Numbered from the stretch's first letter, positions 35,218 to 46,105 are shown. The stretch is DNA of 64,000 nt from Nannocystis pusilla (GCF_049060185.1 NZ_JBMEQO010000002.1); one strand, 5' to 3'. Numbers and translations: made by a program. The notes: generated from the letters alone by a model not told the origin.

Positions 35218-35790
35218 TCAGCGGCCCTGGTCGTTGGGCTCCCACGAGTCGGCGCCGGCGTAGGTGCTGGCGTCGGAAGAATCGTCGGAGGTCGTCCAGT
35301 CGGACGTGCTCCACCTCGTCGGGGCCGGCGTAGGTGCTGGCGTCGGACGAGTCGTTGGTGCTGTTGGTCGTCGTGGTCGTCGTCGTGCCCGGCGTGGTGT
35401 TCGTCGTGGTCGACGTATCGGTGGTCGTGGTGGTGGTGTCCCCCACGTGTCCCACTCCTCGTCGGGGCCGGCATAGGTGGCGCCGTCGCTGGAGGTGGTG
35501 GTGATCGTCGGGTCGACGGTGTCACCGCCGGGGTTGGTCGATTCGGAGACCATCGAGGTGTCGACCGTATCGGCGGTGTCGACGGTGTCGCCGGCGGTGG
35601 CCGACGTCTCGTCGCCGATGTCGCGGTCGACCTGGCAAGCGGCGCCCATCACTCCCAGACTGGCGGTGAAGGCGACGGCGGCCCACGTCGCGCCGAGCGA
35701 GTGACGCTGAACGTGACCGCAGAACGGGCAGGTCGCGTCGGAGGCTCGGAACAGACAGGCGCATTCGGGGCAATCGATAAGCGAAGACAT
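35218..35790 (-). CDS. zinc-ribbon / single-TM protein with Thr-rich spacers and three SSDxSTYAGPDEEW repeats, 2 or more frameshifts
   Basis: MSSLIDCPECACLFRASDATCPFCGH (C-x2-C-x12-C-x2-C), then a TM helix, then TITTTSSDGATYAGPDEEWDTW / ...NDSSDASTYAGPDEVEHV... / ...DDSSDASTYAGADSWEPNDQGR spread over two frames. Nucleotide-level direct repeats at about 35243, 35315 and 35465. Confidence 0.5.
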   Translation of the reverse strand: MSSLIDCPECACLFRASDATCPFCGHVQRHSLGATWAAVAFTASLGVMGAACQVDRDIGDETSATAGDTVDTADTVDTSMVSESTNPGGDTVDPTITTTSSDGATYAGPDEEWDTWGTPPPRPPIRRPRRTPRRARRRPRRPTAPTTRPTPAPTPAPTRWSTSDWTTSDDSSDASTYAGADSWEPNDQGR

Positions 35791-35879
35791 GCCCGGACCT
35801 TAGCAGATCGAGGGCGCAGGCGACCAGAAAATCTGCCAGCGCGGGACCGGGTCCGCCCGGCGTCGGGTACACTGAACCG

Positions 35880-38315
35880 GTGTCTCCGGGACTCGCGGTG
35901 GCGCTCGCCCTGATGGCTGCGAGCCTGGTCGGCCTCGTCGCTCTATACCGCGAGGGGCTGCGCCGGGTGCTGTTGCGCGCGGTCGATCCGCGGCCGCTGG
36001 CGCTGCTGCGGATCGCGTTCGGTTGCTGTCTACTCGTCAACTTGCTCGAGATCGCGCCGCTCGCCTCGTATCTGTTCTCCGACGAGGGCTCTTGCCGCGG
36101 GCCGCCGTCCCGGAGCGGATGGGCCGCGGGGCGCTGATCGGCTTCGGCGACGGGGTACGCGAGCCCGCGGGCCCGCGCGACGCGACTGCGGTCCTCGATT
36201 TCGTGATCAGCGGCCGGTGGTCGCCGCTTTACTTCGCCGACAGTCCCAGTGTGGTCGGCGTACACCTCGGCCTGCTGTTCGCGGCCGCGCTGGCGCTCAC
36301 GCTGGGGTTTCGCACGCGGCTCAGCGCGATCGCCTCGTGGTTGCTCTACGCCGGGCTGCTGCGCCGCGGCGAGGCCCACTGGGGCGGAGAGCAGGTGTTC
36401 TGCGCGTTCCTGTTCCTGCTGATGTGGTCGCGCTGCGGGGCGGCCTACAGCGTGGACAACTGGCGCCGCTGTCGGGCATTGCGACGACGTGGCCTTTTGA
36501 GCATGCCCTCGGGGCCAGGTGCGGGCGCGGGCGCGGCCCCGTCGGCCGCGGCGCCGCACGGGCTGGCGGCGATCTACCGCCGGATCCCGGCCTGGCCGCA
36601 GGCGCTGATGGCCGGCCAATTGGCGCTGTGCTACGCGGCCAACGGCTGGGTCAAGGCGGGCACGTCGTGGCAGACGGGGGACGTGCTGCAGTTCGTGCTG
36701 CTGCGCGACACGTATGTCCGTTGGGACATGTCGGCCGCGATCGCGACGATGGGGCCGTGGCCGCTGCGCCTGGCCAGCTGGGGCGTGATGTGGTGGGAGC
36801 GGCTGTTCCCGCTGGTGCTGGTCGGGCTGGCCGCGCGGGCGCTCGGGCGCTCGGGGACGCCGGCGCTGCGCGGGCCGCGGCGGCGGCGGCCCGACTGTAC
36901 TGGGGCGGGCTGGCGGCGGCGGCGGCGATCGCCGCGGCTGTCCCTGAGGACCTGGTCGAAAAGCCAGGCACGCCGGGGGCGCCGGAGCGGGCGGCGGCGC
37001 TGGCGGTGCTGGCTGCCGTGTGCGCGGCGGTGGCGATCGCGGGACCGCGGGCCGGGGCGGCGGCGCGGCGGCTGGCCGCGGGACCGCTGGCGCCGAAGTG
37101 GTGGTTCGGGTTCGGGCTGCTATTCCACCTCGGCAACCACGCGCTGCTGGCGGTGGGGGCGTTCGCGCCGGCGACGATCAGCGTCTACCTGGTCTGTGGG
37201 GCAGGTCCGTGGGCGGTGGCGACGCTGCAGCGAGCGCTGCGCGGGCTGGCGCGGCGCGGCGTGCCTGTCCCTGAGCACCTGCGCGAAGAGACAGCTTGCG
37301 AGGACCCGTCGCTGCCGCACCTGCACCGCGACGCGGCGGCGCTGCCGGGGTGGGCGATCGCGGGGGCAGGCGGGCTGGTGCTGGCCGGCGGGGCGATCGC
37401 GCTGATCGGCGAGGCGGGGGCGCGGGCGTGGCACGCGGCGTGGCTGGCCGCAGGGACAGGTCTGACGATCGTCGGCTGGCGGATCGCGCGGCGCGATCGC
37501 GGCGCGGTGATCGAGCTGCGCGAGCCGTGGGCCCATGGGCCGGCGGGACGCCTCGCGGCGGGCGGGCTGGTCGCGTATCACGTGGTGGCCCTGCTGGCGT
37601 GGCAGCTGCCGGCGTGGTCGAGCGTACCGTGGCGCGCGCAGGCGCGGGGGCTGGTGGGGCCGTGGATCGAGCTGAGCTTCACGAGCCAGGTGTGGGCGAT
37701 GTTCGCCCCCAACCCGCCGCGCGAGCAGAACTTGCTGCGGGCGACGGTGGTCGACGCGGCGGGGAACGGCATCGCTTCGGAACGGAGCCGCAGCGCGAGG
37801 GCGACCTGCCGCGGGCGCACCTGTGGCACGACCGCTGGCGGAAGATCGGCGACAACGTGGTCGGGCAGCGCGAGAAGCTGGCGCCGTGGCACGCGCGCTA
37901 CCTGTGCCGCCGCTGGGCGCTCGAGCACGCGGGCGAGCCGCCGCGCGAGGTGCTGCTCGAGAATCTGCGGGCTCCGCTGCCGCCGCCCGGCAGCGACCCG
38001 CGCGAACACTTCGCGGCGCGACAGCAGGTGCGGGTGCTGGCGCAGGTGAGCTGCGCGGAGGAGCCGTTCGCGCAGCTGGACCCTGAGGTGCGCGCGCGGC
38101 ACGGGCTGGCGCCTGCCCCGGCGGAGACGCGGCGGTTCGCGTGGGAGCGGCCGGCGACGTGGGCGGAACGCCAGGCGCGGCGCGATCCGCTGGCGCCGCT
38201 GTGGCCGCTCGCAGCGCTGGGGCTGCTGGGGGCGCTGGCTCGGTGGAGCGGCGAGGATCGCCGCGCTCGCGTGGCGGCGCGGGTGGCGGAGGCTCGGGCG
38301 GAGGAGCAGGGGTGA
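35880..38315 (+). CDS. HTTM-domain (vitamin K-dependent gamma-carboxylase-like) polytopic membrane protein, approximately 810 aa, 3 or more frameshifts
   Basis: DPRPLALLRIAFGCCLLVNLLEIAPLASYLFSDEG...FVISGRWSPLYFADSPSVVGVHLGLLFAAALALTLGFRTRLSAIASWLLYAGLLRRGEAHWGGEQVFCAFLFLLMW matches the HTTM consensus. Fragments in ORFs 35880-36137, 36023-about 36900, 36217-about 37800 and 37296-38315. Confidence 0.65.
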
Positions 38316-38364
38316 ACGGGAGCGCGTTGCTGGGGCTAGCGACCTGAAGCGATGTGACGGGTCG

Positions 38365-38590
38365 AGCAATTCGACAGGACATGTCCTGGAGGCCATGTCT
38401 TTGGCAGGTCAGCAGAGGCGAGGCTGTTTCAAGATGTCTTGAAGGACATGTCCTTGAAGACTTTGGGTGAATGCGGAATAAGCGAGGGCTGCGGAGGTCT
38501 TTACGAGCATGACCCCGAGGTCATGTCCTAGATTCGTTGCGGCGATTGGCAATGCTGGGTTGTGAGCGAGCCTGGCTTCGAGGACATGTC
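38365..38590. repeat. multiple short 14-bp-phased CATG palindromic pairs/triplets
   Basis: Cores at 38370/38384, 38423/38437 (AAGATGTCTTGAAGGACATGTCC), 38500/38514 and 38581. Lies between HTTM and the ATPase gene. Confidence 0.75.
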
Positions 38591-38672
38591 GGGAGACGGC
38601 GGGGCGGGCGAACCGGGGAATCGCACGCTGGAGTGGGGGCGCGGGCGGGGTCTCGCGCGGTAAGACTCGGGC

Positions 38673-40375
38673 ATGCAGACGCCGTCGCTCATCGCGTGCT
38701 GGTCGGCTCATGGCGGGGTGGGGCGCACTCTGGCCGTGTGGGGCGTCGGGCGGGTGCTGGCGGCGCGCGGGCTGCGGGTGTTGCTGGTGGACCTCGACCT
38801 CGAGTCGCCGGGGCTGACGCGGATCGCCGCGACGGACGGCGAAGGGGTCGTCGAGTGGGCGGTCGGGCGGGGCCATGAACAGGCGCTCGTCGAGCGGTGC
38901 GTGGCGATCGGTGAGGGGCTGCGGGTGCTGCCGGCGGGGCGGCTCGATGCGGGCTACTGGGACCGCCTCGACGGGTGGGCGGCCGGGGACCGAGGCGCGG
39001 CGTGGGACGAGCTGCGCCGGGCGATCGCGGCGGCCGACGTCGCCGAGGTCGTGCTGATCGACGCCGCCGCAGGTGCATCGCGGGCGGCCGAGCGGGTGGT
39101 GCGGGCGCTCGCCGATCGCGTGGTGCTGTTCACGGCGCTCGATCGCCAGCACGTGGCCGGCACGGCCGATCTGCTGCGCCGCTGCGAGGACGCGGGGCTG
39201 GCGACGCGGGTGGTGGGCAGCCCGCTGCCGTTCGGGGAGGACGAGCTGAGGGCGGTGCGCGAGGCGGCGGCACGCGCGGCGGGGATCGAGCTGTCGCTGG
39301 TGATCCCGCAGCACCCGCGCGTGGCCCTGGACGAGCGAGCGAGCGAGCGCGGGCCGATCCTCGTGGCGCACGTCGAGCTGGCGCGCCTGCTGCTCGTCGA
39401 CGCGGGGTTCGAGGTGCGAGCGATCCTCCGCGGGGTCGAGACGGCGATCGCCGAAGAGGCGTGGCCGCGCGTGGTGTCGCTGGTGCGCGTGGCGAAGGTG
39501 GTCGAGCCGAGCGGCGAGTCGCTGGCGGCGACGCTGGGCTGGTTGCGCGAGCACGCGGGGCCGGGCGCGGGCGATCCGGTGTTCGCGCTGCTGGTGGAGG
39601 CGTTGCCGGCCGATGCGCCGGTCCACGCGAGCTTCGCCACGGCGCTGCACCGGGCGGGCAATCCGCTGGCGCGCGGCTTTTATGAAAAGTTCTTGGCGGA
39701 GGTGCCCGAGCACGCGGACATGCTCGGCAACTTCGCGGCGTTCCTCAGCGACGTGGGCGGCGAGCACGACCTGGCCGAGGCGTACTATGAGCGGGCGCTG
39801 GCGGCCGACAGCGAGGACGCCGATCATCGCGGCAACTTCGCCAACTTCCTCGCGCTGATCCGCGGCGATCGGGAGCGCGCCGACGCGTGTTACCGCGAGA
39901 CGATCGCGCTGGCGCCGGAGGACGCGCATCACCTCGGCAACTATGCGAACTTCCGTGTGGGGGCGTTCGCCGACGCGGCCGGGGCGGAGGCGCTGTACCG
40001 CCGGGCGCTGGCAGTCGAGCCGGACGACGGCAACTTGCTGGGGAACTTCGCCCGGCTGCTGTTCGCGGAGGGGCGCGCGGTTGAGGGTCGCGAGCTGCTG
40101 GCGCGCGCGCTGGCGGCGTCGGAACCCGAGTCGGCGCTGCGCTGCGAGCTGTGCTTCTACTCGTTCGCGCACGCGCCGGAGCTGTGCCCCGACGCGCTGC
40201 CGCAGCTGCTCGCGGCGCTGAGGGCCGGATCCGCTCGCCGGGGTGGGACCTGAAAGCGAACGTGGCGCGGGCGCGAGACGAGGGGCATCCGCACGGCGAG
40301 CTGGTGGCCGCGCTGGCGCGGGTTATCGCCGACGAGGCGCCGCTTATCGTGCTCGATGCATTCACGCGAGCGTGA
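38673..40375 (+). CDS. ParA/MinD-like P-loop ATPase fused to TPR repeats, 1 frameshift
   Basis: Deviant Walker A SAHGGVGRTLAVWGV (Arg in place of the usual Lys), VLLVDLDLESPG, then at least 5 TPR-like repeats (NFAAFLSDVG..., NFANFLALIR..., NYANFRVGAF..., NFARLLFAEG...). Frame change at about 40215. Confidence 0.55.
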
Positions 40376-40680
40376 GCGCGTAGGGGGCAGGCTTGTCGCG
40401 GCGCGTGGAGTGAGCAGCCATGGCGACATGCGGCCGGCGAGTGCGAGCGGCCCGACGAGCGAGAGCTCTGCCGTGATTCTCGCGAGTCGTCGCCCAGCCC
40501 CCGACGCACGAGCGCCGACTTGGGGCGCGTCCTCGTCGCGTAGGGGCTGCCGAGCCGACGGCGCGGAGGCGAGGTTCCCAAGTACGGGAATCAGAGGTAG
40601 CAGTCAGAAGCGTGCGGCGTTCGGAGCGACGGGACGTTGGCGTCGTCGCGGGGGTGCTCGCGAGGTTGTGACGCGGCAGG

Positions 40681-41103
40681 TCAGAGGTACGCGGTGATCG
40701 CTGGCGGGCGGTCCTGGCGATCGCGCTTGCCGTCCTCGTAGATGACGGGCGCGGCGGCCAGTTCCTCTTCGGTGGCGTCGTCGAGGCAGGCGACGTTGAC
40801 GGCCCAGAAGTCGCCGTCCATCTCTTTCTCGAGGTAGCCGCGCGAGAACACGTGCGCGCCGCAGCGGCCGCAGTGATAGTGGTTGATGTCGCCGGGCGGC
40901 CAGTGCAGCGGGGTCGGCTGGTAGTCCTTCATGGTGTCCTGGCCGGCGGTGATGCGCACTGCGCGGTAGGGCACCAGCGCCTTGCGGTAGCCGAGCTTCC
41001 AGCAGAAGCTGCAGTTGCACTTGCGAATGCCGGCGGACAGGTCGATGTCGGCCTCGAAGCGGATGGCGCCGCAGTGACAGCTGCCGTGGTAGGTCGTGGG
41101 CAT
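40681..41103 (-). CDS. GFA-family protein (glutathione-dependent formaldehyde-activating enzyme / CENP-V-like zinc protein)
   Basis: MPTTYHGSCHCGAIRFE...CNCSFC...YHCGRCGAHVF are the conserved Cys clusters of the GFA family. Intact 140 aa. Confidence 0.75.
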   Translation of the reverse strand: MPTTYHGSCHCGAIRFEADIDLSAGIRKCNCSFCWKLGYRKALVPYRAVRITAGQDTMKDYQPTPLHWPPGDINHYHCGRCGAHVFSRGYLEKEMDGDFWAVNVACLDDATEEELAAAPVIYEDGKRDRQDRPPAITAYL

Positions 41104-41201
41104 CGGGGAGGTCTCCGCGGGGAGCATGCGCGACGATGGCCGTCGTGCCAGCGCGAGCCGATGCGTGCCCGCGTGCGATTGCAGCGGTATCATCGTGGTC
41201 G

Positions 41202-41685
41202 GTGTCCGAGGTCGAGTTCCAGGTCCGTCCGGCGAGCTGCGACGACGCGGCCGCGATCGCCGAGGCGCACGTCGATGCCATCCTCTCGCTGGGGCCGTCG
41301 GCCTACGCGCGCGAGGTGGTGGCAGATTGGGCCCGCCCGCGGACGGCAGAGCCCTACGTGCAGGCGATGCGCCAGGGCGAGCAGTTCTTCGTGGCGGTCG
41401 ACGCGGACGGGCAGGTCGTCGGCTTCGCGGCCCACCGCGTCGAGGCCGGGGACCATCGGATCGCGGTCTACGTCCGCGGCCGCGCCAGTCGTCGCGGGGC
41501 CGGATCGTCGCTGTTCGCGGCCGCCGAGGCGCGCGTGCGGTGCGAGCGAGATCTGCGTCGACGCGTCGCTGGTGGCGGTGTTGTTCTACGCGGCCAACGG
41601 GTTCGTGAGCGACGGCCCGGCGATGCACACGCTGCACAGCGGCCGGGCCATGGCGTGCGTGAAGATGCGAAAGCCGCTGACGTGA
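41202..41685 (+). CDS. GNAT-family N-acetyltransferase, 1 frameshift
   Basis: VSEVEFQVRPASCDDAAAIAEAHV...QVVGFAAHRVEAGDHRIAVYVRGRASRRG(AGSSLFAAAE), then a frame change at about 41530, then the CoA-binding C-terminus. Confidence 0.55.
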
Positions 41686-41749
41686 ACGCGCGAGGACCCG
41701 CGGGCCGGAGCGCGCGGGTCCTCGAGCGGGACAGCGACGGACCTGTCTC

Positions 41750-43168
41750 TCAGGCCAGCAATTCGGCGTACTCGCCCTGCTCGAGGCCGGCGCGGCCGAA
41801 CTGGGTGACCGGGCCGCCGTTGTCGGTGCAGCCGACGGCGTTGAGCAGGGTGATGAGCAGGCGGTTGTGCGGATGGGTCTGGACCCAGGGGTCCTGGCCG
41901 CCGATGAGGTCGATGTACTGGCCCTGCTTGAGGTAGCCGCCGGCGCCGCCAGCGATGATGACCGGCAGGTCGAGGTACGAGTGGGCCTTGCCGTCGGACA
42001 GCTCGTTGAACCAGACGACCGCGCTGTTGTCGAGCACGGTGCCGTCGCCCTCGCTGTACGAGGACAGGCGGTCGAGCAGGTGGCGGTACTGCTCGGCGTG
42101 CCAGCGATCGATCTGGGTCAGCATCTCGAGGTAGCCGGCCACTTCCTCGCCCGAGTTGTCGTCCTTGGTGTTGCCGTGCGACAGCTTGTGGTGGTTGAAC
42201 TCGTGGTTCATGCCGTCCCACTTGTAGATCGGGCCGCCGGAGCCCGAGGCCCACTGGATGCTGCCGACGCTGGTGGCCCCGCAGGCGACCGCCATGGCGA
42301 GGATGTCGAGCTGCATCAGGCCGATGGCCTTGAACTGCCAGTCCTCGAGCACCGAGTTCGGGTCGATGGCCTCGATCTCGGCGGCCCGCGCCGGGTCGAG
42401 GGCGCACTCGATGAGGCCGTTGCCGACCATGTCGATCTCGAGGTCGCGGATCGAGTCGGCGTGCATCTCGAGCTTCTGGGCGTCGGCCTGGCTGAGGTTC
42501 TTGGCCTTGAGCGCCTTGAACTCCTCCTCGACGAGGTCGAGCACGCTCTGCCGGCGCGTGGCGATCTGCATCTTGACCGCCTCGTCGAGGCCGCCCAGGC
42601 CCATGAGGTCCTGGTAGGTCAGCCACGGGTTGCCCTCGGGCGTGACCGGGGTGTTGTTGCCGGCGTAGGAGATGTGGCCGAGCCAGTTGGTGTGGCGCCA
42701 GCCGACCGAGAGCGTCATCGACGGGCTGCCGTCTTGGTTGAGCTCCTGGGCGGCGCGCTGGTCGACGGAGATCCCGCGGGCGTAGAGGGTGCCCGGATCG
42801 AGGGCCTCGGCGGTGAGCTTGTGGCCCATGCCCTTGGCGTGGTCGTCCCCGGGGGTGTCGGCGTCCTGGCCCCAACCCTTGGGCACCATGTGCATGCCGC
42901 GAGGGATCAGCAGCTTGCTGGCGTAGTCGGCCAGCGGCTCGATGCTGGTGCCCATCAGCGACGCGGCCGTCAGCGGGCCGGGTGCGGCGGGGAAGAAGGT
43001 CTCCATGTTGACGCCGTTGCACATGAAGAACACGACCAGCCGCTTGCCGCCGGGCTCGGCCGCCCGGGCGGTCTTGACGAAGCGCCGCCAGCCGAGCGAC
43101 TCGAGGATGGGCAGCGCGACCGCGACTCCGCACGCGCCTCGCAGGAAGTTGCGCCGTCTCATGGTCAT
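41750..43168 (-). CDS. DUF1552-family protein with Tat signal
   Basis: [20 protein letters not shown] (twin-arginine motif). Strong RBS GGAGGAG. Intact 472 aa. Family typically paired with DUF1592-type proteins. Confidence 0.7.
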   Translation of the reverse strand: MTMRRRNFLRGACGVAVALPILESLGWRRFVKTARAAEPGGKRLVVFFMCNGVNMETFFPAAPGPLTAASLMGTSIEPLADYASKLLIPRGMHMVPKGWGQDADTPGDDHAKGMGHKLTAEALDPGTLYARGISVDQRAAQELNQDGSPSMTLSVGWRHTNWLGHISYAGNNTPVTPEGNPWLTYQDLMGLGGLDEAVKMQIATRRQSVLDLVEEEFKALKAKNLSQADAQKLEMHADSIRDLEIDMVGNGLIECALDPARAAEIEAIDPNSVLEDWQFKAIGLMQLDILAMAVACGATSVGSIQWASGSGGPIYKWDGMNHEFNHHKLSHGNTKDDNSGEEVAGYLEMLTQIDRWHAEQYRHLLDRLSSYSEGDGTVLDNSAVVWFNELSDGKAHSYLDLPVIIAGGAGGYLKQGQYIDLIGGQDPWVQTHPHNRLLITLLNAVGCTDNGGPVTQFGRAGLEQGEYAELLA

Positions 43169-44945
43169 CACTCCTCCACCGCGCGGAAGCGGAAGGTTCG
43201 GGTCAGGGTGAGGGACACCAGCAGCTCCTTGATGTTGTAGCCCGAGGCCGCCAGCTCGGCGTCGAGGGCGTCGATCGTGCAGCGATCGATGGGGGCGACG
43301 TCGCGGCCGTAGCCGTAGCGGAACCAGTTGGTGAGGTAGCAGCGGGTGCCGTTGGCGGACTCGCCGATCTGGCCCACCATGTCGACCGCGTCGGTGAACG
43401 AGAGCAGCCACGAGCCCGAGACGGCCTCGCCGCTGGCGTCGACGGGGGCGCCGTTGTCGAGGTCGCGCCACTTGCCGAGCGCGTCGTAGTGCTCGAAGGC
43501 GAAGCCCGGCGGGTTGATGATGCCCTTGTGACAGCCGGCGCAGTACGGGTCCTGCTGGGTGTGGGCCTCGACCTGGTCGCGGGTGGTGACGATGTCGTCG
43601 CCGAGCGGGGGCAGGTTGGGATCGATGCCGCCGGGTGGGGGCGGCGGCGGGGTGCAGAGGATCTGCTTCTGCACGAAGGCGCCGCGGAAGATCGGCGACG
43701 ACATGCTCTGGTAGGCGTGGGTGGCGAGGAAGCTCGGCTGGGTGAGGATACCGGCGCGCTTCTGCGGGTCGAGGGCGGCCTCGGTGAACTCGGCGCCGAA
43801 CTGGCCCTGCAGGCCGTAGAGCGCGGCGAGCTCGGCGTTGACGAAGGTGACGGGGGCGGTGAGCAGGGCTGCGTAGTCGCCCTCGAGCTCGAACACGACG
43901 TGACGCACGAACCGCTGGGTCTCCTCGCGCATGGCGTGGGCGAGGGCCTTGTTGAACTCGGGGTAGAGGTCGGTGTTCTTCTGGAGGTTGTCGACCTTGT
44001 CGAGCTCGAGCCACTGGCGGTGGAAGTCGGCGACGGGAGCCTCGGCCTTGGGGCTGTCGAGCAGGCGCCGCGCCTGGGCCTCGACGCCCTCGGCGGTGTC
44101 GAGCTCGCCTGCCTCGGCGGCGGCGAGGAGGGCGTCGTCGGGCATGCTGCCCCACAGCAAGTAGGACAGGCGCGAGGCGAGCTCGTAGCCGGCGAGCGGG
44201 ATGACCTTTCCGCTGTCGACGCTGTCGCTGAGCTCGACGCGGTAGAGGAAGTGGCCCGACTGCAGCATGGCCTCGATGATGAAGCGGATGCCCTGCTCGA
44301 ACGGGGTGCCCTCGGGGTAGAGGCCGGCGCCCTGGCTGAACAGGCCGCTGTAGGTGGTCTGCTCGGTCGGGGTGAGCGGACGACGGAAGGCGCGGCGGCC
44401 GAACTCGGCGACGAACTGCGCGGCGCACTGCGAGCCGTCGCCCTCGGGCTGACACGGCAGCAAGGCCGCGAGGGGTCGGGCTTGGTGGCCTCGCCGGCGA
44501 GGCGCTCGGCGGCGCGGCGATAGTCGCGGCCGAGGCGGTCCTTGACGACCATCTGCTGGGCGTTGTTGTCGAAGCCGGCGACCGCAGGGTCGGCCAGGAA
44601 CTCGGCCGAGGGCAGCGGGTCGAGGTTCAACTTCAGGAGGTCGGCGACGGTGAGGTCGTACTGCGAGTGGGTGAGCCGGACGAGCCGCGGCATCGGCCCC
44701 GGCTGCGGGCCCTCGTCGCACGAGACGGGCTGGCTGCCGCCGGTCGGATCGTCGCTGGTGTCGGTGCCGCCTTCGGTCGGATCGCCGCCGTCGGTCCCGG
44801 CAGAACCCTGGGTCGGCCCGGGGTTCTCCGTGGCGCCGACGGTCGCGCCGGCATCGTCGTTACCGCCTCCGCCTCCGCCGCCGCAGCCGATCGCCGGCGC
44901 GAACAGGGCCAGCGCGGCCAGGTATCGTGGTAGGGATCGTGACAC
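43168..44945 (-). CDS. DUF1592/DUF1588-family multidomain lipoprotein (partner of DUF1552), 1 or more frameshifts
   Basis: GTG at 44945 after AGGAGG. Lipobox [10 protein letters not shown] plus Gly/Thr/Asp linker. Frame change at about 44480. C-terminal ...[26 protein letters not shown]... ends 1 nt inside the DUF1552 start. Confidence 0.6.
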
Positions 44946-45086
44946 TCGGTCGCCTCCTGGGAAGCCACGGTAGAGGCCGGCCAGAGGGCTTGCAACGCAC
45001 AATCGCCGGGGGCCGACGGCCCCACGCGGTTCGCGTCGAGGCCGCGGCAGGCGGCCCCGAGGGCGCGGACGCGCTATGGTCCAGGC

Positions 45087-45497
45087 ATGTCCGAACGAGA
45101 GGTTGAGAAGACCGACGCGGAGTGGCGCGCGACGCTGAGCCCGGAGCAGTACCGGGTGCTGCGCCAGGCGGGGACCGAGCGCGCGTTCACGGGCGCGTAC
45201 TGGGACGAGAAGGCGCCGGGCCAGTACCGCTGCGCCGGCTGCAAGGCGCTGCTGTTCGACGCGACGACGAAGTTCGACTCGGGCTGCGGCTGGCCGAGCT
45301 TCTTCGACGCGGTCGATCGCTCGGCCATCGAGGAGCGGGTCGACACCAGCCACGGGATGCGCCGCGTCGAGGTGCTGTGTCGCCGCTGCGGGGGCCACCT
45401 GGGCCATGTGTTCCCCGATGGTCCGCAGCCGACACGTCTGCGTTATTGCATCAACTCGCTGAGCCTCGACTTCGAGCGCGAGGGCGGATCGCAGTAG
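45087..45497 (+). CDS. msrB: peptide-methionine (R)-S-oxide reductase MsrB
   Basis: Intact 136 aa. Both zinc CxxC pairs ([21 protein letters not shown]) and the catalytic C-terminal Cys region RYCINS. Confidence 0.9.
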   Translation: MSEREVEKTDAEWRATLSPEQYRVLRQAGTERAFTGAYWDEKAPGQYRCAGCKALLFDATTKFDSGCGWPSFFDAVDRSAIEERVDTSHGMRRVEVLCRRCGGHLGHVFPDGPQPTRLRYCINSLSLDFEREGGSQ

Positions 45498-45511
45498 GCC
45501 GATCTCGCCGC

Positions 45512-46105
45512 TCAGTCCGACAGCCAGTGGCTGCGAAAACGGGCGCCGTCCCAGTAGAGGAGCGCGCTCGAGGACTCGAGCTTCATCATGACGATGCCGT
45601 CGCCCTGGAGCGCCGGGGCCTTGCCGCCGGGCCCCGCAGGCACGGAGGTGCCGCGGTCGTGGACGTACCAGGCGTCGCGCGCGGGCAAGGTGAGGCCGGC
45701 CTTGGGATCGTCGTCGAGCCAGACCGCCGGGCGCCCGCCGCCGCGCAGCACGACCAGCCGCGGCAAGGCGCCGGCGCCGAGCTTGGACACCACGCTCACC
45801 AGGTAGTCGGGGGCGGCGTCGCCGTCGAAGTCGCCGCGCAGGTAGAACGGGTTGATGCCGCGATCGATGGCGTGGTCGGCCCAGATCTTGGCCGCGGCGC
45901 CGCGCTCGAGCAGCTCGGGCGGGGTGTTGGCGTCGCCGAGGCGATCGGCGAGCGCGGCGTCGTCCTGGGCCGGTGGTGGCGGCGGCGGCGGCGCGGCAGG
46001 CGTGGGCTCGACCTTCGCGGGCGCGGGCGAGGGCACCGCGGCCGGCGCGGTGCAGGCGAGGACGGACAGGCCGAGGGTGACGAGGAGGTCGATGCGGGCG
46101 CTCAT
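45512..46105 (-). CDS. hypothetical lipoprotein
   Basis: MSARIDLLVTLGLSVLACT lipobox, then a Pro-rich linker (PPPPPPPAQ) and a roughly 150-aa domain. Intact frame. Confidence 0.5.
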   Translation of the reverse strand: MSARIDLLVTLGLSVLACTAPAAVPSPAPAKVEPTPAAPPPPPPPAQDDAALADRLGDANTPPELLERGAAAKIWADHAIDRGINPFYLRGDFDGDAAPDYLVSVVSKLGAGALPRLVVLRGGGRPAVWLDDDPKAGLTLPARDAWYVHDRGTSVPAGPGGKAPALQGDGIVMMKLESSSALLYWDGARFRSHWLSD

